Positions 53,201 through 62,862 of a stretch of 64,000 nucleotides of DNA are shown piece by piece. Below the pieces are notes generated by a model. It was not told where the DNA came from, did not search any database, and was given only the letters and a program-made list of their open reading frames with translations. A program made the position numbers and the translations under genes. The stretch's first letter is position 1; each line of letters starts with the position of its first letter. Source of the DNA: a virus (lineage: Duplodnaviria; Caudoviricetes); the IMG/VR virus record IMGVR_UViG_3300022899_000001, positions 1 to 64,000 of that record. One strand, written 5' to 3'.

Positions 53201-56200
53201 AGTCTCGCTCTGGCAAGACCAGAATCCCGGCGCACGGGTGCCACCAGAATTGGTGAAGGCGAGAGACGCCGAGCTTTACAGAGAATTGAAGGCGGTATTC
53301 CCCGACGCAACAGATGCAGAACTGCTTTCTATGCGCGATGAAGCGCAACGCAACGCCTACTTTGGTGATCCGATTACCGGCTCTGGAATTGGACCGAAGT
53401 TGGACATTCAAACGAGTCGCCGTGCCGCTCTTGATGCTGCCGTCAATGCGCCAGACATTCCGAAGCATTTATTTTCCGAAGCGTTTCGCGACAAATTGAA
53501 TCGCTACCGCACTGGCGACCGGCCTTACGGTGGAAAGATTGATCCTAACGCGCCAGTCGAGCCGCTGTCTGCAACCGTCTTGGCCGAACTCAAGGCTGAC
53601 ATCCAATCCGAAACCACGCGCATTCGTGAAGAACTGGCTGCGACGGAGAAAAAGAACGCCGAAGAAAAAGCGGCCAATGAAGCGCAGGAGGCAAAACTCA
53701 TTCGGGCAGCGGAAACTGAAGCCGCATCAGCTAAAGGCATCCCGGCAAAGCAGGTTAAATCAGAACTCGTTTCCAGAATTAAGAAGGCGATTGATGACCT
53801 TGTGGCGTCTGACGAAATAACCCTGACCAAGAACGACGAAGGCACTTACGCGGCCCAAGGCAAAGGCGGCGGATTCTCGTTCGGTGAAATCGAACCTGCT
53901 GGCAGTGGGCGATTCAAGGTAACAACGTGGCAACCGGGAGATACCAAGACTAAAATTTCCGCTGCGGTCGGCTCTCAAGCAGAAGCAGAAAGCATTATCA
54001 AGGCAATGGCCGCGCAAGGCTCTGGCAAGGTCGTCATTGGAGTCCCCGGCGATGGCGTGTTCCGACTTTACAAACACGGGCCTTCATTGCTTCAGGTTTG
54101 GTCAGATGCTCGCAAGATTGAGGTTTCTTCAGGTGGCCCAAACTATCGCAGCGTCGGCGGTGCTGAAAAGCCCCCATCCTCAATCAAGACCGTCGCTGAC
54201 TGGAATGCCGCGAAAGAATATCACGGCTTGCAGGCAAGCGACGAAATCTCAACGTGGTCGCCCGCGCTTTTGGAGGTTGCAAAGAAGATCAATCCGAAAA
54301 ACCCTGAGACGGTCAATACCGCTGCGGTGGACAAATGGATTGAGAAGCGGCGAACAGAAAAGTCTGAAGGCTCCGCCAGCCTCACTGAATCAACTGGCGC
54401 AATTTCCGAACAGTCAGCCCAACCCATCATCGCCGCATGGCGCAAAGAGAACCCAAACGCGCCAGAAGTCCAAGTCGTCAACCGCCCGGAATGGACGCAA
54501 ACCGGAAGCGACGGCAAACAATACGGCGTGCGCGGATGGTGGGATGGACAGAAGATCGTCATAAACCTGGCGCATGTGGCCAATGCCGACGCGGTTCGCG
54601 AAGTCCTCAATCACGAATTGATTCATCCGTTGCTGGACTCAGCGCAAGGACGAGCCGCAATCGAGTCAGCCATCACACAGGAACTTGGCGGCGACGCTCT
54701 TGCCAAAATCAGGCAGCGTTACAAACAGGGTGCGACTGAGAGTGACGAACAGTATCAACGCCGCGCAATGGCAGAATGGTTCGCGCAGTTGAAGGAGACG
54801 ACGCCGACACTTTGGCAGCGCATCGTTGCCCGCATCCGTGAGTTTCTGTCCAAGTTGAATGTGGCTGGATTGTCTGACGATGAGATCGGGCGGGCGATTC
54901 TCAGGAATCTTGAATCAGCTTCGGAATTTCAGGCGCAAGAAGCTGTCGGCGCCGCCAGCCTTGGCGAAGAATCCGTCCCGCCGTGGCAGATGACGCAAAA
55001 GGATTTCGCCAAGAAGTATTACGAGGCGAATCCAGAGGAACGAGAGAAGGCGATGCGCGGCATTGGTGTAAGTGCTGAAACGCTTCATCGCGCTGCCGTC
55101 CGCCGTGCGGCTCGTGCTGGCATTCCGATCCCCGAATTCAACCAGCGTTATCTCGAAGGACAAGCCAGCCTGACGAATGAGCCGGTTGAGAATGAAGTGC
55201 GCGGCTCGGTCATTGACCCGGCCACTGGCAAATGGGCTGAGGAAGCGGAGCCCAGCGGCGACATCGTTCAAATCGCTGGCATAGAATACAACATTCTCGG
55301 CAAGGAACGGCTGACGCCCGAACAGAAGGCGGCGGCGGATACCCGTGCCAGCGATTACGTCGAGTCTCTGAATCTTCCCGGCGAAGCGGATTTATCGTCT
55401 GGAACGCAACGCGGCGCTACGGACACAAACCTCGTTTTCAAACTCGAATCCGATGGGCAGAACCATGATGACGCGGGCGAGGCATTGCTGAAACATCTGA
55501 CGGAACAAATCCAGTCGCAACACCAACCGGGCGGCGATCCCGCTTACGTGTCGAGTCTCGTCAACTTCCTGAACAAGAATTTCAACGTCGGCAATTTGCA
55601 GGGTGTTTTCAGCGACGGAATGATTCAACGGCTGATGGAAATATCCGTTGGCGAATCGTCCTGGCGCGGCACGATGCTGCGGGCCATCACCGGCATCACC
55701 GAGGACATGGGGACTGTCGCCCGCAACGCGAAGTTTTTCCTGCGTCGAACCTACGAGAATATGTTCGGCGGTGATCTCACGCGCAAGATCATGGACCGGA
55801 TTGCGCTCAACTTCCGCGAACGATTCACTGGTGAGGAAATTGAACGGCTTTACAACGAGAATCCCAAGTTGCAGGAATTGTTCCTTGGCGTCGTTGGCCG
55901 GCTCAAAGTGAAGCCGTCCTTGCGCGATGTCATTCTGGAAATCTTCGCCACACCGATCAACAAGCAGGACGACATCGTGGAGAGGTTCGTGGACACGATG
56001 GTGAACAAGTTCAGCGCAACGCCATCGGAAGCGGCTCGACTCAAGTCTGAATTCAGCGCCACGTTCGCCCGCAGCTTCGCGGTCGCCCGCGAGAAGGCAC
56101 AGGCGAAGGCGCTGGCCACACTGCTGCCGGAAGAACGCAAAGTCATCGGCCCGCAGACGCAGTTGTGGAAGAAGCTGACCGACCTCGTGAACTCCGGCTG

Positions 56201-58745
56201 GTTCGACTCAGCGAAGGTGGTTGAGGAATACGCCAAGACCAAGGGGATGAAAGTTCCCACGGAAGCCGAGATCAAGCAGATGCGCGATTGGTCCATCCGC
56301 GAACAATCGTTGCGAAAGCCGACGCCGGAAGAAGTCAAGTTGTACGGCGACAAGGCGAACATTCTTGTCGAAGGCACGACGCTGGAGAAGCGGCAGGAAT
56401 TGTTGCGCCAGATGAACACGCAATGGTCGCGCTGGACGCACCCAGTCGCCAGCCTGCGGCACCCGTCCACCTTCCTCGACCCAGTGAAGCGGTACAACTC
56501 CGCTATGGCCGCGAACGAGTGGCTCACCGCGAACCTGTTACTGAAGCTAGGATTTGGCACTCGTCAAGTGATAGACGTAGCCACACAGATGATGCTGCAT
56601 ACGCCGACTCGCGCAGCGCAATACGCCTTCGAGCAATGGGGCAATGACAAGACTGCTGGGCGTGACTCGAATTTGTTGAACAATCTGTCTCAGGCGATGA
56701 CCGACGCCTACCGGACGCGCCTGAAAGTGCTGGGTGACACGCTGGCGTCGTTCAAGCGCACGCTGGCGGGCAAGGGCGAGCAGAAGAACGTCGAGCAGTT
56801 GATTTCCTCCATCGCCGTGTTTGACCGGGCTTTGATGAAGGCGGATGAGATGAAGGCGGCTGGCAAACCCGCTGCCGCACGCTTCCTGCATCTGCTGGCG
56901 TTGACCATGCGGTTTGGCCGGCAGTTCGCCGCTGCTGCCGACGTGATTCAGGGTGTGCCGGCTGAGGCGCAGGAAATGGCGCACCAGATCAGGACCGGAC
57001 TGCGCGAACAGGGCAAGAGTCCGGGACAGCAGGAAGTGGAGTTCAACACGATTCTCGGATTGCTGACGACGGCCCGCGTCGAGTCGCTGGCGCAGGCACG
57101 GCAGATTCTTGAGGATCGCGGGTTGGACCTCAACAACGCCTCCATCCAGCGGGCAGCGTGGCATATCCTGCGCGAGAAGATTTATAGCATGGCCAAGACT
57201 GCCGGCCTGCCTGCGGACGAGTGGAAGATTCAGAATCATTACTACCGGAATGTGCTCGGCTGGAATGAGCCGGAGTCGCAGGGCTTTGGCGCCATCGGTG
57301 GGCCGGGCGGACTCGTGGCTATGGGCGCCAAGGGCGGAAAGGAAGTTATGTCCAAGACTGGACTACCCGCCTTCCCGTTCGTGTTCGGTAACGCGATGGG
57401 GATTTCGCTCAACCGCAAGCTGGCTTACACGCCGCTGGGCTTGTTCCCCGGTTTCTTCAAAGGTTCGCCGTGGTTCGAGGGTGAGCGCAACATCCGGCAG
57501 CGAAAGATCGAGGCTGTCATTGGCACAACCATCGGAAGTACGCTATTTACTCTGGCCGCGCTGGGGATTTGGACTGTCCTGCCGCGCAAATGGCCTGAAG
57601 ATGAGAAGGAGAAGGCCAAATGGACGGCCAACGGCTGGCAACCGAACATGCTCATCATTCCTGTCAGCGACACGCAGGAAATGAAGATCAGCACGCGGGT
57701 TGGCCCGATGTCGCTGTTTTCACCCTACCTCGCGGCGGGCGGGGCCTTCCACGACGCCACCGTGGAACAAGCGAAGAAGCAGGAGGCTTTGAATGAGCGT
57801 GCGGCCAAGCTCGGACTCACGCCGGAGAAGTTGGACGGGTTGGATCCCAGCCAGTGGCTTAACGTTATCGGCTCGGCGGCCTATTCGTCGGCGGTAGGCG
57901 GTAGAACTACGAGTGGGATGCTAGGTAGTTATACGGATTTCGGCCAGTTTTCGGCAAAAAAGGCGGGCGCGGCAGCGGCCAGCACGCTTGTCCCTGGATT
58001 ACCCGGCTTTCAGGAGATCAGCCGCATGGCCGGCTCGAACATCAACCCAAAACTGGCTTCGTTCTGGGACCTGCTTGTGCCGTTGCCGACCAGTGACGCC
58101 AACCGGGTCAACATGCTGGGTGATCCGATGCGCAACGAGAACGATTTTGAGCGTATTTTCCAAGTCCTGAGCGGTGGAACGGCACCGTTGCCCGCCGACA
58201 AGGAGCAGTTCAACAAGAACCGGGCGTATTCCAACTTGTTTGCCAGCGATTTCCGACCGCCAGCCATCAATCCGTCGCGTGGCTACCAGTTCGGTGACGA
58301 GTTGCGCTCCATGACCGAAGCGGAGTTGCAGAAATACACGACTCTGCGCGGGAAAGAGTTTTCCGATGAACTCGGACGACTGGATTTGACCGGGTTGTCA
58401 CCGGAAGCGGCGAAGAAAGCCGCGGCGTCAGCCTTCCAACGTGCTGAAACGCGGGCGTTGTCTGAGGTTGGGGCTGTGGCGCCGAGGGTATCGTCAGCCC
58501 GTGGAACATCTTTGGATGGCTCGAGTACCGCCGCTGGCCTATCCCTTCCCGGCAGCCGTAGCACGCGCACACGTCGCTACGGGCTATCGTCCATTCGACC
58601 AATCAGACTGCGCGGTTCCCGCACTCGCACGCGCCGTATCAGCACGCGCCGAAGTCGTGTCAGTTTGAGCAGTCGGCCACGCGGCAGACGATCTTCGTTC
58701 CGTATGGCGAGAATTCGCCGTCCAAGTATTTCGCAGTTTGTGTGA
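50220..58745 (+). CDS. Giant internal virion/polyvalent protein (2841 aa) with zincin-like HExxH domain
   Basis: VRGWWDG.KIVINL...REVLNHELIH (54612-54626); PPWQMTQ.DF...HRAAVRRA...G.PIP motif; Arg/Ser-rich C-tail. Confidence 0.75.
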   Translation: MPFSDTDELVYDTPKSSFSESDAPVEPPPQAIPADNQGGYLTEVARGLTQFVPAAIKTISTVGERQKFTPFGPTAREVADYALRKVGVEPAPGELPETRPIYKIGQRVEDVLNQAYPAVPEPERNLGHDVAAGLGQMASMLAGGVGARAAGATAKGAAGIATLLGGVQEFDDAFGRSRQRGDDPDTAFAKSLGYSTVAALIENHLGAGRILKKYFPDPAEAARKLSAWGVSKAVAGSLAVGFGEEGSQRFAQNWIVEGKPSLEGVVQEGAPGGIVQAIAELPATLLRTKGGRVRRPTQAQPTEETDATRTGIPIEAPGTQAPPVEEADRGIRVRDTAQNRMGAPAILAPPQAEAPVVATTPVAPLALPSVGESIEHPVVGQKFIVPRQLRLADAPVDTEVTVESVKRGPDTRGGSQTIEVRFSDGNTSGRNAGQQSDGTFVPVDDIVNQILSERKARPSPAPVAPAVVPPVVLPKIAPVVFKSLDPMNPSIGWFELTEPFTAPETGRTTAAGGRLNSNQIEQYGMSLEGPAKAAFEEAKKRTSVSNAPKEPSVAAGDQLTPVSEGTTPAAAPVNVPTPIANVPTPAPVAAKPAETLPQGKAWSVPWADGRARAWFKTKEAADEFYRQKLSENDVDGPPEIGEPTKGVKYADEKYQIPKAAKGSSESNIKADDLAGVLGEGAGGGAARTEGPIAISPTTPTVWKVSYTDLETRAAKRPFFKHVVYSEGATRQEAIDRVKSYHGNLSKWGEFRASKAEGKKADSFFRAPVEETPGPASDVSPKQSAQAEAGQSIVQTPSVAPVEQTVKLVADVGDEVTFTPSAKKGLAVSGIVQEIVNGGRGYNILSPLPNDPNRVVRVWLEDGRVEKKAAPDTASLLTVDVPFTDDARRRIKAVDLQQAQLRGEYQKIQDEIKSLEKTIKPQRGNAYSRSKIKASAKRLDVERFHALQKQARTIDEQLHALDESARVDRRLIDQSVSADVVNNPQKSLAQRLVHRVSLWQDQNPGARVPPELVKARDAELYRELKAVFPDATDAELLSMRDEAQRNAYFGDPITGSGIGPKLDIQTSRRAALDAAVNAPDIPKHLFSEAFRDKLNRYRTGDRPYGGKIDPNAPVEPLSATVLAELKADIQSETTRIREELAATEKKNAEEKAANEAQEAKLIRAAETEAASAKGIPAKQVKSELVSRIKKAIDDLVASDEITLTKNDEGTYAAQGKGGGFSFGEIEPAGSGRFKVTTWQPGDTKTKISAAVGSQAEAESIIKAMAAQGSGKVVIGVPGDGVFRLYKHGPSLLQVWSDARKIEVSSGGPNYRSVGGAEKPPSSIKTVADWNAAKEYHGLQASDEISTWSPALLEVAKKINPKNPETVNTAAVDKWIEKRRTEKSEGSASLTESTGAISEQSAQPIIAAWRKENPNAPEVQVVNRPEWTQTGSDGKQYGVRGWWDGQKIVINLAHVANADAVREVLNHELIHPLLDSAQGRAAIESAITQELGGDALAKIRQRYKQGATESDEQYQRRAMAEWFAQLKETTPTLWQRIVARIREFLSKLNVAGLSDDEIGRAILRNLESASEFQAQEAVGAASLGEESVPPWQMTQKDFAKKYYEANPEEREKAMRGIGVSAETLHRAAVRRAARAGIPIPEFNQRYLEGQASLTNEPVENEVRGSVIDPATGKWAEEAEPSGDIVQIAGIEYNILGKERLTPEQKAAADTRASDYVESLNLPGEADLSSGTQRGATDTNLVFKLESDGQNHDDAGEALLKHLTEQIQSQHQPGGDPAYVSSLVNFLNKNFNVGNLQGVFSDGMIQRLMEISVGESSWRGTMLRAITGITEDMGTVARNAKFFLRRTYENMFGGDLTRKIMDRIALNFRERFTGEEIERLYNENPKLQELFLGVVGRLKVKPSLRDVILEIFATPINKQDDIVERFVDTMVNKFSATPSEAARLKSEFSATFARSFAVAREKAQAKALATLLPEERKVIGPQTQLWKKLTDLVNSGWFDSAKVVEEYAKTKGMKVPTEAEIKQMRDWSIREQSLRKPTPEEVKLYGDKANILVEGTTLEKRQELLRQMNTQWSRWTHPVASLRHPSTFLDPVKRYNSAMAANEWLTANLLLKLGFGTRQVIDVATQMMLHTPTRAAQYAFEQWGNDKTAGRDSNLLNNLSQAMTDAYRTRLKVLGDTLASFKRTLAGKGEQKNVEQLISSIAVFDRALMKADEMKAAGKPAAARFLHLLALTMRFGRQFAAAADVIQGVPAEAQEMAHQIRTGLREQGKSPGQQEVEFNTILGLLTTARVESLAQARQILEDRGLDLNNASIQRAAWHILREKIYSMAKTAGLPADEWKIQNHYYRNVLGWNEPESQGFGAIGGPGGLVAMGAKGGKEVMSKTGLPAFPFVFGNAMGISLNRKLAYTPLGLFPGFFKGSPWFEGERNIRQRKIEAVIGTTIGSTLFTLAALGIWTVLPRKWPEDEKEKAKWTANGWQPNMLIIPVSDTQEMKISTRVGPMSLFSPYLAAGGAFHDATVEQAKKQEALNERAAKLGLTPEKLDGLDPSQWLNVIGSAAYSSAVGGRTTSGMLGSYTDFGQFSAKKAGAAAASTLVPGLPGFQEISRMAGSNINPKLASFWDLLVPLPTSDANRVNMLGDPMRNENDFERIFQVLSGGTAPLPADKEQFNKNRAYSNLFASDFRPPAINPSRGYQFGDELRSMTEAELQKYTTLRGKEFSDELGRLDLTGLSPEAAKKAAASAFQRAETRALSEVGAVAPRVSSARGTSLDGSSTAAGLSLPGSRSTRTRRYGLSSIRPIRLRGSRTRTRRISTRRSRVSLSSRPRGRRSSFRMARIRRPSISQFV

Positions 58746-58927
58746 GATTTCTGTTGACTCATTCCATGAAGCCTGATTAACTCGCCCGCATTGAGCGACT
58801 CTTGGACGAGCCGCGAAAATGAAATGTTACGAATCCTAACATCGCCAGCTTGTGACCCCGTAGGTTTTGCCATTGCGCGAGCGATGGCTTTTCCCTGCTC
58901 GTCCACACAGGCTGGCGTTTTTAGGGT

Positions 58928-59863
58928 TTGTCGGTGAATCCACCTGCATTTCAATTCTACGCTGATGACTTCATCGCCGGTACTGGCGATATGACCACAC
59001 GCGAGGTAGGAGTTTACATACGGCTTCTGTGCTTCCAATGGGGTAAGGGTTCGCTTCCCAATGATGAAACAAGGCTGTTTATGATGGCCAAAACCAACAA
59101 CGAACCAGACAACGAAGCGGCGGTTCGTTATGTCGTATCGAACAAGTTCGTTGTTGGAGATGATGGACGGCTAAGAAACGCTCGCATGGAACAAGTTAGG
59201 TGTGAATCTGAGCAATGGAGAAAAAGAAGCTCAAACGGAGGTAAAGCCTCTGCTGCCAATAGGATTGGTGATTCTTCTTGGGGAAAACGAATGGCCGAGC
59301 AACGAACCAAGAACGAAGCGGATAACGAAGCACACAACGAACCGAAGCAACGAACGACAACGAACCCTCCTTCTCCGTCTCCTACTCCAGTACATAAAGA
59401 AGGAGACGCTTCGCTTTCTAGTGCGGCTTTGATAGCTGAAATCTTCGAGGCATGGAACAGCACGAAAGGTCTTACACAGTGTTTGCTCGTATCTGACAAG
59501 CGACGAAGATCGCTTTCAATCAGAATCCGCGAGCCGTTCTTTGCTCAGAACTGGCGCAAGGCGATTGATCGTGTTGCGTCGTCCCGATTCTGCCAGGGGG
59601 AATCTGAGCGTGGCTGGAAAGCCACTTTTGATTGGTTCATCACTCCAGATGCCGTGACAAAAATAATGGAAGGAAAGTATGACAACCGGAACGGAACCCA
59701 AATCAGCAAGCCAAATCCTCGCAACTTCGGAATTGTTGTCGGCCCCACCGACTACGCCACCGCCGTCCCAAGAAAGCAGCGGGAACTCGAAGCCCAACGA
59801 GCAGCAAAGGCGAGCATGGCTGGAAAAGTGGCTCCGGCTGAGAATCACGCACCCACAACTTGA
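58928..59863 (+). CDS. Replication initiator (DUF1376/YdaU-like N-terminus)
   Basis: PAFQFYADDF...MT..EVGVYIRLLCFQW..GSLP; C-terminal W...W.ATFDWF.....KIMEGKYDN. Confidence 0.85.
   Translation: MSVNPPAFQFYADDFIAGTGDMTTREVGVYIRLLCFQWGKGSLPNDETRLFMMAKTNNEPDNEAAVRYVVSNKFVVGDDGRLRNARMEQVRCESEQWRKRSSNGGKASAANRIGDSSWGKRMAEQRTKNEADNEAHNEPKQRTTTNPPSPSPTPVHKEGDASLSSAALIAEIFEAWNSTKGLTQCLLVSDKRRRSLSIRIREPFFAQNWRKAIDRVASSRFCQGESERGWKATFDWFITPDAVTKIMEGKYDNRNGTQISKPNPRNFGIVVGPTDYATAVPRKQRELEAQRAAKASMAGKVAPAENHAPTT
59286..59366 (+). repeat. Iteron-like AACGAA repeats, probable replication origin inside the initiator gene
   Basis: AACGAA at 59286, 59301, 59312, 59324, 59336, 59349, 59359 (mostly 10-13 bp apart); two more near 59099 and 59111. 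Confidence 0.7.
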
Positions 59864-60413
59864 GGCAGCGGCCCAGCGGATTTACTCAATTTGCGCCGAG
59901 TATGCAAAAAGCCCGGCGCATGGAAGGACCATTGTGATCATCGGTGAGAACGGCGCCGGTAAAAGCCACATAGCCAACAGGATTGCGTATTGGGCGCAGC
60001 GAATCGCCATGAAAATCCCGATGGTTGATCATCCCGACATCGGATTGGGTTCGCCTTCGGTCGCCTATGCGCTCTGGCCTGACATTGTGGATGGGTTCAA
60101 AAAGGATCAATGGGATGTTGTGGACGACATTCAAAAGGCTGCATTGCTGATTCTGGATGACATCGGCGCCGAACACGACCCGTCAAAGATTGGCGTTGAA
60201 AAACTCTACATTCTTCTGAGCCGGCGCGAATTCAAGTGGAACATCATCACGACGAACGTTGCTCCTTCCGCGTGGCCGGAGAAGTTCGAGCGGCGTATCT
60301 CATCGCGGTTGTTTCGCAATGCGGAGCACGTTGATTTGTCACAGGTGCCCGACTATTCAACAACGCCTCTCGATGAAGGTGTGACAAACCGCCTGCCCTA
60401 CAAGGACATATGA
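59679..60413 (+). CDS. DnaC/IstB-like AAA+ helicase loader
   Basis: IIGENGAGKSH Walker A, LLILDDIGAE Walker B, IITTN, RISSRL; start uncertain. Confidence 0.85.
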   Translation: MTTGTEPKSASQILATSELLSAPPTTPPPSQESSGNSKPNEQQRRAWLEKWLRLRITHPQLEAAAQRIYSICAEYAKSPAHGRTIVIIGENGAGKSHIANRIAYWAQRIAMKIPMVDHPDIGLGSPSVAYALWPDIVDGFKKDQWDVVDDIQKAALLILDDIGAEHDPSKIGVEKLYILLSRREFKWNIITTNVAPSAWPEKFERRISSRLFRNAEHVDLSQVPDYSTTPLDEGVTNRLPYKDI

Positions 60414-60595
60414 CCGCAACCGACTACACCAAAGCAAGACGCAAGGCATGGGTAGAATCCGGCCTGACGACAAGTGGAACGGAGCGAATCAACAAGAGGC
60501 ATCCTGAGTTAGTTGGGCTGACTGGCAATGATTACGCCCGCGAGTTTATGAGGAAGCAAAGAAAGTCCGACCGCGAAGCGTGGGAGCAAATATGA
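60410..60595 (+). CDS. Small hypothetical protein
   Basis: ATGA-coupled. Confidence 0.55.
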   Translation: MTATDYTKARRKAWVESGLTTSGTERINKRHPELVGLTGNDYAREFMRKQRKSDREAWEQI

Positions 60596-60666
60596 ATGCA
60601 ACAGAACTCCATCTCAAAAACTGGCCAGTCTCGAAACGAATCGTTTACCGTTTGAAGTGACTAGTT

Positions 60667-60867
60667 ATGCGCGAACTTACTGACGACGAAGATGTGTATT
60701 GGGTGAGGACAGACGATAAAAGCGGCAAAGTCACCGCCGCTCTTGTTGAAAAACACTTCTCAAAAGAAGAACTGGAAAATGAACTGGACGACATGCGCCG
60801 CCTCGGTCCTGTGCGCAGAATACTGGCCAGCCGAGTGACCATCGGCGAGGCACTCAGGGCAACATGA
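60667..60867 (+). CDS. Small hypothetical protein
   Basis: Coupled to the next gene. Confidence 0.55.
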   Translation: MRELTDDEDVYWVRTDDKSGKVTAALVEKHFSKEELENELDDMRRLGPVRRILASRVTIGEALRAT

Positions 60868-61064
60868 AGCTCCCCCTCGCCACAGCCAAGATCAGAAAAG
60901 GATACGGCGGAACGTTCCGGGCGTTGAAGCCGGGAGAGATTCTTGAGGAAGGCGACGTTGAGATCGGCCCGACGTTTGTAAACGAAGTGCTGGAGAAATA
61001 CGCAGGGCAAGCAGTCAAGCCCGGCGAGGCCATCATTCGGCTGGAGTTTGATACGAAGTGGTGA
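60864..61064 (+). CDS. Small hypothetical protein
   Basis: Coupled on both sides. Confidence 0.55.
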   Translation: MKLPLATAKIRKGYGGTFRALKPGEILEEGDVEIGPTFVNEVLEKYAGQAVKPGEAIIRLEFDTKW

Positions 61065-61846
61065 GCACGGCAATCATATCGCTTATGCGTTTAGGTGACA
61101 TAACCAATAATTTTCCTGTGGCCCGCGACATCTTCCTTCGCACGGGAGAGAAGCCTGATTGGTACGTGAATCTTCACTATGCCTCCCTGTTCGGCGGAAT
61201 CGGATATTGTAGCCCGGTGAAGGTTCAATTTGCTCCCGACCGCTCCGACTTGGCCGTTGATCTGGCACAGAAAAAACATGCAACGGTGTTGATGATGCAG
61301 ACGTTCGGCAAGCGGTGGCACGGAAAAGCCACGCCATGCTGCTACAACCGGCTGGCGTGGACTCATGTTGGCTACGGAGATAAATTCGATGACGTTGAAA
61401 ATTATCCCTTGGTCTTTGACCGTCGCGACCCCAGCCGCGAAGCCCGCTTGGTCAGCCGCACACTAACGTCAGACAACAAACCCGTGCTACTCCTGAGCCT
61501 CAGTTGTGGCCGCAGTTCCCCCTTCGCCGCGCATCACGCCTTCACTTACTCCATCCGGCGAAAATGGTCGGCGCACTTCCAGATCATTGACCTGTGCAAT
61601 GTCAGGGCCGCACGCGCCTACGATGTCCTGGCGCTGCTGGAAAAAGCCGCGCTGCTCATCACGGGCGATTCATTCTGCGTGCATCTGGCCGCAGCGGTGC
61701 AAAAGCTGCCCGTCATCTTCCTGTGCAACGACCAGCCGTTTCTGGCGAGCGATACGCGGTGCAACTGCGTGTTGCGGCTCAAGTATTCCGAGTGGCACGG
61801 GAGGATCAAGGAAGTGCATCAGACGGTTTCACGTTACCTACAATGA
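61058..61846 (+). CDS. GT9 (heptosyltransferase)-like glycosyltransferase
   Basis: MRLGDI N-terminal motif; LLEKAALLITGDSFCVHLAAAV..PVIFL. Confidence 0.7.
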   Translation: MVSTAIISLMRLGDITNNFPVARDIFLRTGEKPDWYVNLHYASLFGGIGYCSPVKVQFAPDRSDLAVDLAQKKHATVLMMQTFGKRWHGKATPCCYNRLAWTHVGYGDKFDDVENYPLVFDRRDPSREARLVSRTLTSDNKPVLLLSLSCGRSSPFAAHHAFTYSIRRKWSAHFQIIDLCNVRAARAYDVLALLEKAALLITGDSFCVHLAAAVQKLPVIFLCNDQPFLASDTRCNCVLRLKYSEWHGRIKEVHQTVSRYLQ

Positions 61847-62034
61847 AAAAACGCACAGACACCCAAATCATTGACGCCTTGGAAGCTCTGCCGTGCCGTG
61901 TGGACATCATCTATAAAATGGGTGAGCCTCGGTCTGACTCCGCCCCTCCATTGCGCGATCAAATCAACCTCTTCCTCGACGAAGAACTCAAGCACCATCG
62001 CAAATCATCATGCACGGCGACAAAACCAAACTAG
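61843..62034 (+). CDS. Small hypothetical protein
   Basis: MKKRTDTQIIDALE start at 61843, ATGA-coupled. Confidence 0.5.
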   Translation: MKKRTDTQIIDALEALPCRVDIIYKMGEPRSDSAPPLRDQINLFLDEELKHHRKSSCTATKPN

Positions 62035-62285
62035 CCACACGTGAATTACTCAAAGGCAAACTGCCGAAGGAGATCGTGCGCGAATTCGGGATTGATTCGT
62101 CGTCCATCCGAAATGCCGCTCGCAAGATGGGAATGCCTCCGTTCAAACGAGGCCGGGCACGCGGACATATATGCCCACATATACCTGCTGCGATTCTGCT
62201 GCGTAGGGGCGGGGCGACGCTGAAAGCCATCGGTCTTAAATTTGGAGTGACAAAACAACGCGTATCGCAATGGCTAAAACCATGA
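62010..62285 (+). CDS. Double helix-turn-helix DNA-binding protein
   Basis: PKEIVREFGIDSSSI and TLKAIGLKFGVTKQRVSQW HTH motifs. Confidence 0.7.
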   Translation: MHGDKTKLATRELLKGKLPKEIVREFGIDSSSIRNAARKMGMPPFKRGRARGHICPHIPAAILLRRGGATLKAIGLKFGVTKQRVSQWLKP

Positions 62286-62458
62286 AACCCGAATCCGAAC
62301 AAGAGCCGCTAGACAGGAAGATTATAAGGAGCTTCAAGGTTTTGGTTTACGCCGTTGGAATCATGGCGTGGTTGACCACGACGTTCGTTAATTGCCATGT
62401 TGACAAATCCGAGAAGAAAATCCTCGAAGCAATCGAGCAGTTGAAAACCAAACCGTGA
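62282..62458 (+). CDS. Small single-TM protein
   Basis: Hydrophobic segment; coupled. Confidence 0.5.
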   Translation: MKPESEQEPLDRKIIRSFKVLVYAVGIMAWLTTTFVNCHVDKSEKKILEAIEQLKTKP

Positions 62459-62658
62459 AGGCTCTCAAAATCATAGCATTTTTCTGTGTCGCGTTCGCTG
62501 CCTCGATGGTGCTGCTCGGCGCAATCAGTTTACTTTTAGACTTCATGTGGTGGGCGGCTGGGAAAATCCCATCGGCAGGAGTAGCCGCGATCATATCAGT
62601 GGTGTGGGCAGTATGGTTCACTCTCTACGCCTACAGATTTAATAAAACCAAACCATGA
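62455..62658 (+). CDS. Small two-TM protein
   Basis: Two hydrophobic helices; coupled. Confidence 0.55.
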   Translation: MKALKIIAFFCVAFAASMVLLGAISLLLDFMWWAAGKIPSAGVAAIISVVWAVWFTLYAYRFNKTKP

Positions 62659-62862
62659 AAACCATCATCGCCCTAATCGCCCTCGCCAACCTGATACTGA
62701 CATGAACGAAATCGAATTCTATTTGGTGCGCCTCTACCTCCGTCGTGGCGGCTGGCGAATCACATTGCTGGAAATCTTCAACTTCGACAGCGGCTCGAAT
62801 TGGGCGCTGCTTTGTTTCGCCTGGGACAAGTCTGAAGGCGCATCTATTACTGTTGGAGCATT

